A DNA stretch of 64,000 nt from Octopus sinensis (lineage: Eukaryota), in contig NC_042997.1 of the NCBI RefSeq assembly GCF_006345805.1, positions 152,396,001 through 152,460,000 on the forward strand, read 5' to 3'. Positions 52,338 to 64,000 of the stretch are shown here, piece by piece (the first letter of the stretch is position 1; each line of letters starts with the position of its first letter). Position numbers and translations under genes: made by a program. The notes under the pieces were generated by a model, which ran no database searches, had not been told where the DNA came from, and saw nothing but the letters and a program-made list of their open reading frames with translations.

Positions 52338-53101
52338 TATTTCCCTTTTTTATCGTTCGAGTAAAACCACGAATAATATTCAACACCAAAACAAACAAAC
52401 AAAAATTGATAGGAGCCCACAAAAATAAATTATTTTCATGTTGTTGCTGTTGTTGTTGCTGTCATCGTCGTCGTCGTCATTGTTTAACCCCAGGGTATTT
52501 CACATTGAGCAGATCTTTGATCAAAACCATTCCACCAGTGATCACCCCAAATTTGTTTAAGGAACGTTATAACAAAGAATATGTCAGAAATTAAAATATT
52601 TTTTGTGGCGGATTTACATGTTTTTCTCTTACTTCCTATATACCAGCAGAGACATAGATTTCCTCAGATCTCGTTAGAACGAAGCAATAATAACTGTGAC
52701 CACGCGATTCGTGTGTACAGAGTAAAAATAGATCTTAAATAGCATAATCAATCAAGTCAAAGTTTAGACGAAAGTGTTTGTGAAAATTTACATACTTAAA
52801 TTAATTAGATGTTTTGTGCTGCAGTAAGGTGTTATTGAAAATAAACATAAATGTTTTCGTGTTTTACAAAGTCAATTGATTAATATTTTATAGGAATGTA
52901 CATATGTTTCACGTGTTTGTAAAGTCAAAATGTTTATGAACAGATAATTGGCAACAGTAAAAAATAAATAAACTAACACACATTTTTTAAACTGGCTGAA
53001 AATAACAATTATGGACCAATTTCTCTAGTTCAGTTTCAAGTACCTTGTGTTTTAAGATAACCGATTCTATTCTAATATATATATATATATATATATAATA
53101 T

Positions 53102-53149
<48 letters not shown>

Positions 53150-53159
53150 ATATATATAT

Positions 53160-53198
<39 letters not shown>

Positions 53199-53334
53199 AG
53201 TATGTATATATACATGCACATGCATGCATACATACATACATACATACATATACATGCATATTATAATATATATATATAATATATATATATAATGAAAGAA
53301 TGGAGTTGAACGACGATTAACAAATTTTCTTTAT

Positions 53335-53415
53335 TCTCGACATATGTTTCGAAGACTGCATATTCCTAATTTCGAAGGAATAAGGGGTGCATTATGCCGC
53401 CTTCTCATCAGGAAA
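53335..53415 (-). ncRNA. Type I hammerhead ribozyme motif
   Basis: Minus strand: TTTC-CTGATGA-GAAGGC...GTCTTC-GAAA-CATATG-TC-GAGA. Intact core, palindromic stem III (ACATATGT), GUC triplet; predicted cleavage between 53339 and 53338. Confidence 0.8.
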
Positions 53416-53994
53416 GACAAGGAACTTATGTCAGCATCATGATGAACAAAAACTTTTAGATGACTGCCCACACGGAGTCCATAGCGATAATGAGTGTCTC
53501 TTTAAAATATTCCGTTATAAGCAGGGACGTCAAAAATGGTTGAATGTAGAAGATTCTAGAAAGTTCAAGAGTTCAAACAAGGTTGGAAGGGGAGAGATCT
53601 AAGAATAGGAAAGTGACAGGGTGCAAGTCATATGAATGGTGATGTGTTGTTGTTTGGTTTTGCTAATGAGATTGAGTGCCTATGTGTGTGTATGTATATA
53701 ACTGCATTCGTGTCTATGTGTGTGTATGTGTGTGCGTGATTGTGTGTGTGGTTGGGTAGATGCCAAAAGCAACTAGTGGTGAAGTGACAGGTTTGTGTCT
53801 GTGTGTTTGATTGTGCTTATGATAGAGAGAGGGAGAGAGAGAGAGAGAGGAGGAGGGAGAGGTAGAGAGACAAAGGTAAAACATACCCCAACGAATTTGG
53901 TAGTAGTCCTTCATGAGTATAAAAATTTGTCTATGGTGGTGTTGTATAAGTGGAACCAAACTATTAAATTCAAGGAGGTTATCTATATTAATCA

Positions 53995-54525
53995 TCATTC
54001 ATATGAGTGAAAGTTGTGTTTTTGCCAGTGCATGCACCTATAGGATTTTTCAACCATTGTATTTACTAAAGGGAATTTGGCGAAAAGTATATGGAAAAGT
54101 TCGGAATTACAGACGCCACAAAATTTTCTGCCCTTATCAAACGGAAAGGATACAGACAATATGGACCATTCCAGCTTGAAAGTTATATTGCTGTCCTTAA
54201 GACGCCAAACTAATTTACTTAGTCCTGTGCTTTGTTGTTTTCTCTTATCTCGGAAAGTTGAATAATGATTGGAAATCCTCTGGGGTAATTTTGAAGTAGT
54301 CGCCCCAATGTAGAAGAAGACACCGGTACAGGAAGAAATTTTACACTGGTAAATGGAATTTCTGATTTTGGAATTGCTGGACAAGAACTTTAATCTGTTA
54401 GGGTTTGCCTCCGAGACTAAGACGAAGTTTTTACTGTTATGATTGCTGTTAATATTATTGCTAGCATTGGCCACTATACCACTAGATATTTCCACACGAA
54501 AGCACGTGATCTCTACCCTTGGCAT
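53995..54525 (-). CDS. GIY-YIG endonuclease (Penelope-like), uninterrupted 176-aa ORF
   Basis: SIYQCKI...FFYIGATT...QRISNH...STGLSKLVWRLKD...LEWSIL...CGVCNSE...VN...CMH; ATG start and stop codon present. Confidence 0.85.
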   Translation of the reverse strand: MPRVEITCFRVEISSGIVANASNNINSNHNSKNFVLVSEANPNRLKFLSSNSKIRNSIYQCKISSCTGVFFYIGATTSKLPQRISNHYSTFRDKRKQQSTGLSKLVWRLKDSNITFKLEWSILSVSFPFDKGRKFCGVCNSELFHILFAKFPLVNTMVEKSYRCMHWQKHNFHSYE

Positions 54526-54615
54526 GTAGCTTCAACCGTGTTTTTCTGACGTGAATTTGCTACCCGGGTATCGGTTAACCGATTTATCCATACTAGGACA
54601 ATTCATTCAACTACT

Positions 54616-54681
<66 letters not shown>

Positions 54682-54701
54682 GGAGTTAAACGTAGGTGTT
54701 A

Positions 54702-54786
54702 TTCCCTGGTGAGAAGATTACATTGTTTTACACGATTTTATTCCTCTGGAATAATACCAATGTTGTCTTCGAAACATATATCGGAA
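54702..54786 (+). ncRNA. Degenerate hammerhead motif, same family as 53335-53415
   Basis: TTCC-CTGGTGA-GAAGA...TCTTC-GAAA-CATATA-TC-GGAA. Core A>G change, so probably inactive. Confidence 0.65.
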
Positions 54787-54950
54787 GTAAAAGAATTTGA
54801 ATAACACAAAATATTTCACATCAACCAGGAGTTTCTACCTTTACAGACAGGGTGTCACGTTCTTATTACTTGTGTGATTTTTTTGCTGCCCTGGTAACTG
54901 TTTATTTCTTCCGTGTTCATTGTAAACAAGGGAAAATACACACATCTATT

Positions 54951-54983
<33 letters not shown>

Positions 54984-55002
54984 TTACTCTTTACTCTTTT
55001 AC

Positions 55003-55400
55003 TCTTTTACTTCTTTCAGTCATTTGACTGCGGCCATGCTGGAGCACCGCTTTAGTCGAGCAAATCGACCCCGGGACTTATTCTTTGTAAGCCTAGTACT
55101 TATTCTATCGGTCTTTTTTGCCGAACCGCTAAGTGACGGGGACGTAAACACACCAGCATTGGTTGTCAAGCAATGCTAGGGGACAAACACAGACACACAA
55201 TCACACACACACACATATATATATATATACATATATACGACAGGCTTCTTTCAGTTTCCGTCTACCAAATCCACTCACAAGGCATTAGTCGGCCCGGGGC
55301 TATAGCAGAAGACACTTGCCCAAGATGCCACGCAGTGGGACTGAACCCGCAACCATGTGGTTGGTTAGCAAGCTACTTACCACACAGCCACTCCTGCGCC

Positions 55401-55460
<60 letters not shown>

Positions 55461-55745
55461 GAGGCGCATTGGCCTAGTGGTTAGGGCAGCGGACTCGCGG
55501 TCGTAGGATCGCGGTTTCGATTCCCAGACCGGGCGTTGTGAGTGTTTATTGAGCGAAAACACCTAAAAGCTCCGGCAGGGTGTGGTGATCCCTGCTGTAC
55601 TCTTTCACCACTCTTTCTCCCACACTTTCTTCTGTTGGCCGGCTCGCTTAGCCAGCGGAGTGGCGTCATTCGAAGGCTAAAACAATGCGAACGCATTGTG
55701 ACCAGCGATGTGTAACTACATCTGATGGACTGGTCGGTCTCGTGA
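55003..55745. mobile_element. Family A SINE (-, 55003-55400) and family D SINE (+, 55459-55745)
   Basis: Recurrent family motifs. Confidence 0.88.
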
Positions 55746-55794
<49 letters not shown>

Positions 55795-55795
<1 letters not shown>

Positions 55796-56170
55796 TTAGA
55801 AAGGTTTTGGCCAGTATTGGCCCAGGCCATGTCTAACTTAATAGTACCACCTGGCGAAGTCTTTCAATTCAGGATTTGGGCACCATTCGAGCAGAGAGTT
55901 ATTGTTTGCGGAGACATATCCGGGTGTGGGTGGTTTGTCCGGGACTGTTTGAAGGAATTTGTCCAAAGACCTCTCGAATCTTGTGTGGTCAGTTTCTGTT
56001 TTGACGTGTCCTGGTGTAATATGGAAGAGAGCGGGTTCAATTGAGGTGAAATAATTGTGCCGTATTGTTGTTATGAGATGCGATTTAGATTTTTAGTTTT
56101 ATGTGTAATCTCCACCGCGCTCTACCGCAGCCCTCCAGCAAATATACAAGAGTTGTGCATTAAGTATATG
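55795..56170 (-). mobile_element. CR1/L2-group LINE 3' end fragment
   Basis: FTSIEPALFHITPGHVKTETDHTRFERSLDKFLQTVPDKPPTPGYVSANNNSLLEW (LDKFL..VPD.P..PGY..NSL motif). Confidence 0.7.
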
Positions 56171-56210
56171 TGGTCGACAATGCTTATTACACTACTATTT
56201 CATATCTGAA

Positions 56211-56309
<99 letters not shown>

Positions 56310-56451
56310 AATAATTTTTTGAGGGAATATAAATCATTGATATTTTATTGTTATTTTGATTTTAATATTTCTATTATATGTAATTTTCTAGATGGTGTAA
56401 TTTAATTGTTCATTTTGAATTGATAAAAGGTGTTTTTTTTCTAATTTTTTA

Positions 56452-56546
<95 letters not shown>

Positions 56547-56879
56547 ATGTATGAGTGCGTTGTGTGTATTTTGTGTGTGTGTGTGTGTGTGTGTGTGCGT
56601 GCGCGTTCGGTGATGCAAACCGGAAAATAGAACTCAAAACATGAGCATATGTACGTTTTAATCAATAATCGATAGAAGTTACAGAGTGACTCAAAGGCCG
56701 AGTGTTTCGTACGTACGAATCAGCCAGATCTTGAACCACTCTAACTTGAGCCGATTATTAATATATATATGTATGTTTTCATGTATGTATGTATATATAT
56801 ATATGTGTGTATGTATGCATGAATGTATGATATCTGTACAGTTTTCGTATGAGAAAACTTAATTGCAATTCTTTGGGTG

Positions 56880-57230
56880 CTGTAATGTTTTGCCGTGGAT
56901 CGAACTTGGAACCACCTGATTGCAAAACGAACTTCTTAACGATGCAGCCATTTCTGTGCTCCCACGCACACACACGTGCACAGAATCATTCACACACATA
57001 AAAACATACACCCACACGCACCCACCTACGCGCGCACACAAACACACACACACTTCATATAAGTATGCTTCTATTTTTTAAAGATATTATTTATTTAAAA
57101 AATACTTATACGAAGAAAAGTCTCTAAGGAAAAGTAGATTGACACAGCTTTCCATGAGGTCTCGGCCAATTAGCTTTCATTTAATATAATTAATAATTTT
57201 CCATTGAAAAAAATAAATAATTATATACCT

Positions 57231-57273
<43 letters not shown>

Positions 57274-57362
57274 ATATATATATATATATATAATATATAT
57301 ATATGTGTGTGTGTGTGTGTAGGTATATAATTATTTATTTTTTTCAATGGAAAATTATTAAT

Positions 57363-57403
<41 letters not shown>

Positions 57404-57752
57404 GTATATAATTATTTATTTTTTTCAATGGAAAATTATTAATTATATTAAATGAAAGCTAATTGGCCGAGACCTCATGGAAAGCTGTGTCAATCTACTT
57501 TTCCTTAGAGACTTTTCTTCGTATAAGTATTTTTTAAATAAAAAATATCTTCAAAAAATAGAAGCATACTTATATGAAGTGTGTGTGTGTTTGTGTGCGC
57601 GCGTAGGTGGGTGCGTGTGGGTGTATGTTTTTATGTGTGTGAATGGTTCTGTGCACGTGTGTGTGCGTGGGAGCACAGGAATGGCTGCATCGTTAAGAAG
57701 TTCGTTTTGCAATCAGGTGGTTCCAAGTTCGATCCACGGCAAAACATTACAG
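56880..57752. repeat. Near-perfect 873-bp palindrome
   Basis: Arm 56880-~57255 is the reverse complement of ~57370-57752, with only a few substitutions seen. The centre is (TA)n plus an extra copy of the inner arm. Confidence 0.93.
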
Positions 57753-57768
57753 TATATATATATATATA

Positions 57769-57833
57769 CTAGCTGAAGGTGACCCGCTCTACGCGCGGGT
57801 AAGAGTGTGGTATATATATATATAAATGTATAC

Positions 57834-57882
<49 letters not shown>

Positions 57883-60800
57883 TATAAATACAGATATATG
57901 CACTTTGTATATATAAAAATTATTATATATACATATTTATATATAGATACACACACACATATATAAATTAACCCAATAAATATCTGATTCATAATATTTG
58001 TTGTCATGATTGAGTGGTGGTGGTGGCGATGATAATTCTCTCTATGAATGCAGACAGACGTAGAGAGTGTGTGAAAGCGCTGTGGAAGGCAGGGAGGGGG
58101 GATAACGGACGCTGTGAAACGACGTTGTAAAGAGAAAGTGAATGTAAGGGAGGTAAACGCTGTGAAACGACGTTATAAATAGAAAGTGAAAGGAAGGGAG
58201 AAAAGTGAGTGAGTGATGGAGGAAGACAGATACATAAAAGAATGAGAGTGTTAGATGTTTTGTTTGTTGGACCAATGTATTAAGGTAGTATTGTTTTATT
58301 GTTTTAAAACGAAAGAGGCAATGTGTTTGTTTCAAAAATTAAAAAAATCTGTAATAGTGAATGAAATTAGAATTCACACCCAGCTCAGTTTTGTAGAAAG
58401 AGTATCACGGTGTGAACTCATTGGGAGTTTGTCTGAGAGAGTTTATATGGTGACACATGCCAGTACTTTCGACACCACCTAAACAATGGAATAGTGTATA
58501 AAATGTAATTAACAACTTATTCACTTTATGAATGTCTTATGTTAGGGAAGAAACAATAACTTGACAAAACCGTTTAATGGAGACGTAGAAGGAATCGGAA
58601 AATGAGGAATAAAGAGAATGAGTTGGATCAAATGTTTGCAAACATCTGAACCCAATGTTCTTTATGAACCATGTTCTTTTTAATGTCTTTATTTTCAAGA
58701 ATGAAGAGATAATGAAGGTGCAAAATAAAAAATCAAGCAATATTTCATGACTTACAATCAGTTTTCTTTTGTCAGAGCCTCCTGATAAACCACGTTCCTT
58801 GTGCGCTCATGATTGCCAAGAATGAAGAGTTTATGCGGATTTCCAATTCGAGAACAGGCTACGTACAATTGACCATGACTGAAAACCGGTTGTGACAGGT
58901 TAATGCCTACAATGTCCAGTGATTGTCCCTGTGACTTGTTGATTGTCATCGCGAAGCATAGTTTTATCGGAAATTGAAAGCGTTTAAACTGAATGGGAAC
59001 ATCAGAGGGTGAAATACTCATTTTATGTATCATTTTGATTGTTCCTACAAATGGTCTACTCAAAATTTCAGCAGTTATAACATGGCTTTGAATCCTCCTA
59101 ATAACCATTCGGGTTCCACTGCATATTTCAGGCGTTTCCATATTTCTGAGCACCATGATTGGAGCACCAACTTTCAAGCACAAATGATGAGGTGGAAGTC
59201 CCAGAGGTGTTAGCTTGTTGAGTAGCTCGGGTGGATATTTGACTGCATCATTCTCACCTTTATTTGTATCGATGGACATGAAAGAAACTATCTCACCAGG
59301 ATTCATATCAAGTACTTGTTTATTTGTAGCATGAGCTGTTGTATTATGAGGCGATAGAATAGCTCTTGCTCTTAGCCAATCGAGATCCTGGAAGTTGGTT
59401 TCGACGTCAGGTAAAACGGCTCTTATAAGTTCTTCTACATTTGGAACGAAATTCCCAAAAGGCAACCGAATATACTCATCATCAACGAAAGGCAAAACTC
59501 CATCACCAAGATCTAATAGGTGCTTTGCGAAAGCTTCAGACTCCACATCCCCATGTAGGTGGACTCTCATGTTTGTTTGAAGATGGCGACTGATAACACT
59601 GTGCCACACATAAGAATGCTTTATACATGCATTAACCTCATCGACTCTAGTGCCTGCTCGGACAACAGGAAGAGTTTGTCGAAAATCTCCTGCCATGAGA
59701 AACGTAGCTCCACCCATTATTTTTGTATTGTGACGCAAATTTTGGAGAGTTCTGTCAAGAGCCTCAAACATAGCCTTATTACTCATTGTAGCCTCATCCC
59801 AAATAAAAAGACTGCATTCACGAAGAAGTCTTGCTCTTGAGGAACTACGATCTATATTACATATATGATTATCTTTCTTTTCAATGTCCATGGGCAATTT
59901 GAATGCAGTATGTGCCGTACGGCCGCCTTGAAGCAGTGTCGCTGCAATACCACTTGAGGCACATGCAATGGCAATTCGACGTTCAGTGCGCAGCTTTGCG
60001 AGAATCAAATTGATAACGAAATTTTTACTAGTACCACCTGGAGCATTCAAAAAGAAAAGCTTTCATTGGTTCAATCTAACTCTGTCAATAATTTCATTAT
60101 AAATCTCTCTTTGTTCAGGCAAAAGTCTTGGTTCATCTCGCGTAACTGTTTCCGTCAATTCGGCAATGTTGTAGTTTTTATCTGACATGTATTCAACATC
60201 CAAAGGCGCTTCATGATGGACAGGTGTTGGCAGATGGAATTCACTTAAACCGCGTATAACATAGCGTCTGATGTGTCTGTCCATGGCGATTAATGCCTCA
60301 TTATAAACATCGTCGTTGCCATCACGTAGCGCTAAATTAGCCTGTATGTCCTTTGATAGGCTCTGTCTGAACGATTCCCAAAGGTTAAGAGGGTTGCTGG
60401 GATTACAGTGGATTAATATGCTACAAAACAATCGACGCATTTGCCATGGCAGTTTACAATTTGAGGCCTCTGCTAATGTCCTGTGTAAGTGGTCGTCATT
60501 GAGAAGAAGTCCGCGCCTCAAACATGCTTCCCTGTAAGTGGCGCAGATGATACCATCAACCGTGCGAAGATCAGCAAAAGACTTCGGTCCAGTAACTACA
60601 TGAAGTAGCATTCTCAAAAAGATTTCCTGTTTGGTAGGATGAATATTATACACACGCCCAATGACGTTCTTCCTAGAAACACCGGGCCAACTGTCAAGTT
60701 CTGTTCCATGTGACCTGCGCTTCCAATTATTGTTGTTGTATGTGTAATATTCCGGTACTTCAGGGTAAATGAGAGTAGCAGCAAACTCATCAACTGAACA

Positions 60801-61455
60801 CAATTTAAAAAATACTGTAAGCGTAGTCCCTTTTGGATTTTCAATGACTTGACGTGCATTTTTCTCTGTGAAGTAAACCAGCTGTCTCTTCTGTAAATGA
60901 ACATTCAGGTGGAAAACTGATGGTGAGCTTAGATGAATCTCGTATGAAAAAATGCGCCACGCTGCATAATTGGAGGATACATACCTACCCAAAATGAATT
61001 GTTTAATTTCGTCATGTCTAAGGTCTTCATCACTGAACACAAACGCGGCCATATCATCGCCCTTATTAATGTACTTGTAGAGGTATTGTATGCATCTCAC
61101 CGAACTGCAGTACTCAACATTAATGTGTGCATTAAATGTTTTGGAAAGCAAAGGGTTGAATGGAACGATCCAGGCATTATCAACATCGAATGTTTTTAGC
61201 CGTTGTCTAATTGTAGCTGTGCGGCCACCCAAACCTGGGTCACATATATGAAAGAGAGGACGGGAAAATGAAATATTTTGCAATGTAAACATGATTTGTT
61301 TTAAGAGAAAGATTGTCATGATTGTGTGTTGGTGGTGGCGATGATAATTATCATTAGGAAAAACATAAGTTGTGGCGATGATAATTCTAGACCCCTTTTC
61401 ACATTTTGATGAAGAGAACCCGATTTCATTCGGGTCTACTGGGGCCACATATAGG

Positions 61456-61487
<32 letters not shown>

Positions 61488-62035
61488 CACGCTGTAGAAA
61501 TTAAATTAGAGATCAAACCACTAATAGGGAAATGAAACAGTAAAAAAACAAAAACATAAAAATAAAAATATAATATTAGATATATGTATATATGTGTGTG
61601 TGTGTGTGTGTGTTGACAGGTAGACAATAGAATGCGATGGCGATGGCGATGGCGATGTAATATTTGTTTCTGTCTATGAACGCAGATAGATACATGAGTA
61701 AAATGTATAGGAAGCTAAGAGATAGAGTGAGTGAAAATGTTCTTGGAAGAGAGGAAATAGCGAGAGAGTGATTTGAGGAAGACTTTACATTAAATAACGG
61801 TAGTGGCATTGTCAAATGAAGAGGAGTGAGAGGGTACTGGAGGAAATAGGGTGAGTGAGGAAGATGGCCCCTAGCAACCACACCTTTTAAGATAGGGATT
61901 TCTAAGGTAGCCCACGAGCATCGTCACTTCATTCTACATGTACCTGTAAATTTTGGAGCGAATCGGACGGGATGTAGTGGCATTGAAAGCGATCCAAGCG
62001 GTAAAAACGCATTTCAGTTTTATATATAGAGAAGA
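57769..62035 (-). mobile_element. Helitron retaining both termini but lacking the Rep (HUH) domain
   Basis: 5' A|TCTTCTCTATATATAAAACTG (62035); 3' hairpin ACCCGC-GCGTAGA-GCGGGT, then CACCTTCAGCTAG|T (57769); RepHel-type coding region inside. Confidence 0.88.
58758..61250 (-). pseudogene. Truncated Helitron RepHel (PIF1-like helicase plus preceding linker)
   Basis: DNAWIVPFNPLLSKTFNAHINVEYC...GRYVSS...AWRIF, and helicase motifs IWDEATM, GDFRQTLPV, FAMTINKSQGQSL, GQLYVACSR. The two track ORFs share one frame, separated only by TGA at 60063-60065. Confidence 0.92.
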
Positions 62036-62087
62036 TATGTACTCACACGCACACGCACGAGTATATATTTACATATATACAAAAAAG

Positions 62088-62355
62088 CATACATTCATAT
62101 GTACATATATACCAGTAAGTATACACACATGTACATATATACATACACATATACATATATACATATATATATACACACACACGTACAGACATACATTCGT
62201 ATGTACATTCATATCAGCAAGTATACACACATGTAAATATGTACATACACATATACATATATACATATATATATACACACACACGTACAGACATACATTC
62301 GTATGTACATTCATATCAGCAAGTATACACACATGTAAATATGTACATACAGATA
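62088..62355. repeat. Minisatellite, ~102-bp unit, about 2.6 copies
   Basis: AGACATACATTCGTATGTACATTCATATCAGCAAGTATACACAC recurs at about 62187 and 62289. Confidence 0.85.
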
Positions 62356-62940
62356 TACATACATACATATACATACACACACATAAGCACACATGCACAC
62401 ACACACACATATATACATACATACACACATACACACACGCACATACATACATACATACATACATACATACATACATACATACATACATACATACATACAT
62501 GAAAATCAGAAAACTTCTCCAATAAAACACAGTAAATACCAACAAAACACAAATGTTATCACTATTGATTCCCCCCAGAACAAGGCTGCAATATAAATCT
62601 TTATTCTTTGACAGGATTAAAGCTTAAATCTCACGAAGGAGTCGAAGTAACCGGCATAGAACAACTTAAAGTAATTAGACTAACTAGATTTTGGCTGTTA
62701 TCGTTCTCTTCAGTTTGAATACTTCATTACTAATTTAGTCCTGTATCTGAATAGCGAAATAATGCGTCATATTTGTTGGAACGTATTAAATGCGTGTAAA
62801 TGTCTGAGTGACGTGGTTGTGTGTATGTGTTTGAGAATTAGCATGGCTAGGCGGATGAGAGAGAGAGAGATGAAGGAAAGCAAAATATATATATATATAT
62901 ATACATAGATAGATATATAGAAAGAAAGATAGATAGATAA

Positions 62941-63040
<100 letters not shown>

Positions 63041-63789
63041 CGAGACAGAAAGACAGGTGGAGAAATAAGAAAAGAACAACAATTAAATATGGAAAAAGAA
63101 GAGATACACACATACATACATACATACATACATACATACATACATACATACATTCATATATACATACATACATACATATCTACATACATGCATACATGCA
63201 TACATACATACATACATACATACATACATACATACATACATACATACATACATACATACATACATACATACATACATACATACATACATACATGCATACA
63301 TACACACTGACGGTGACTGAATCTGGGAAAAGAAAGAACGAGAGGAGATGATGTTTGCAGTTCTGGTTAAGAAATTCTCTTGTGTTTAGGTGTTAAGCCG
63401 AAACAACGTTGAATGGATTGTCTCGCACAGAAACGCACCATAATGCTTGCAACGTATTCGAACACATGTTCCGTGAATATGCAGTCGAATATCTTAACTA
63501 TCCAGTCATTGAATTTCTTAAAATAACTACAGAATTCTCTTCACCTCATTTGAAGAAATTCAATTTTGTGTTTTACATTATCTTTAACAAACGGGGAAGG
63601 AAGGGGATGATGATCTCTAGGTCAGTAAAGTCTGTGCAAATGGATAACTAAACGCCCTCCAGCTGTGACCATCCTTCCTTATAGCGGTATGCTATCTAAT
63701 GTAGGAAGCAGAGGCGTAACCAGGTTCTGAAGTTGGAGAAGTGGCGAGCGCATAAAAGGAAAAAAATGGGCCTCGTATCACATCTTTAT

Positions 63790-64000
63790 CTTTTACTTGC
63801 TTCAGTCATTTGACTGCAGCCATGCTGGAGCACTGTCTTGAAGTGTTTTAGTCGAACAAATCGACCTCAGGACTATTTTTAAATCCTAGTACTTATTCTA
63901 TCGGGCTTTTGGCCGAACCGCTAAGTTACGGGGAGGTAAACACGTCAACACTAGTTGACAAGCGATGATAAGGGACACACGCACACACAGAGTCTTATAT
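63790..64000 (-). mobile_element. Family A SINE 3' part (cut by the window edge)
   Basis: TTTTACTTGCTTCAGTCATTTGACTGC.GCCATGCTGGAGCAC motif. Confidence 0.85.

Noticed and set aside
60063-61490. The 475-aa ORF as a complete protein
   Set aside because: The first ~75 aa come from (CA)n and non-coding sequence; homology starts only near 61250.

Overview
Eukaryotic, repeat- and microsatellite-rich genomic DNA. The SINE families and microsatellite density point to an octopod cephalopod (inference). Bases 1-21082 hold the last five coding exons of a MINDY4/FAM188B deubiquitinase gene (+ strand, all GT-AG, frame-consistent, stop at 21082). The rest is a CpG-richer intergenic region dominated by transposable elements. 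These include several tRNA-derived SINE families, RTE, CR1 and R4/Dong-like LINE remnants, mariner, maT (DD37D) and rosa (DD41D) elements, hAT MITEs with 8-bp TSDs, three different Penelope-type GIY-YIG lineages, a head-to-tail dimer of a non-autonomous Helitron, and a 4.3-kb Rep-deleted Helitron. Three observations stand out: (i) a ~1.3-kb RT-less element with an intact GIY-YIG ORF followed by a hammerhead ribozyme; (ii) a 675-bp TSD-flanked, two-unit insertion with a hammerhead-like fold (retrozyme-like); (iii) Helitron architectures that fit terminator bypass. There is also an unusual number of fold-back palindromes and a CpG-decay boundary near 28 kb. All calls are by eye; no alignments, folding or database searches were run.
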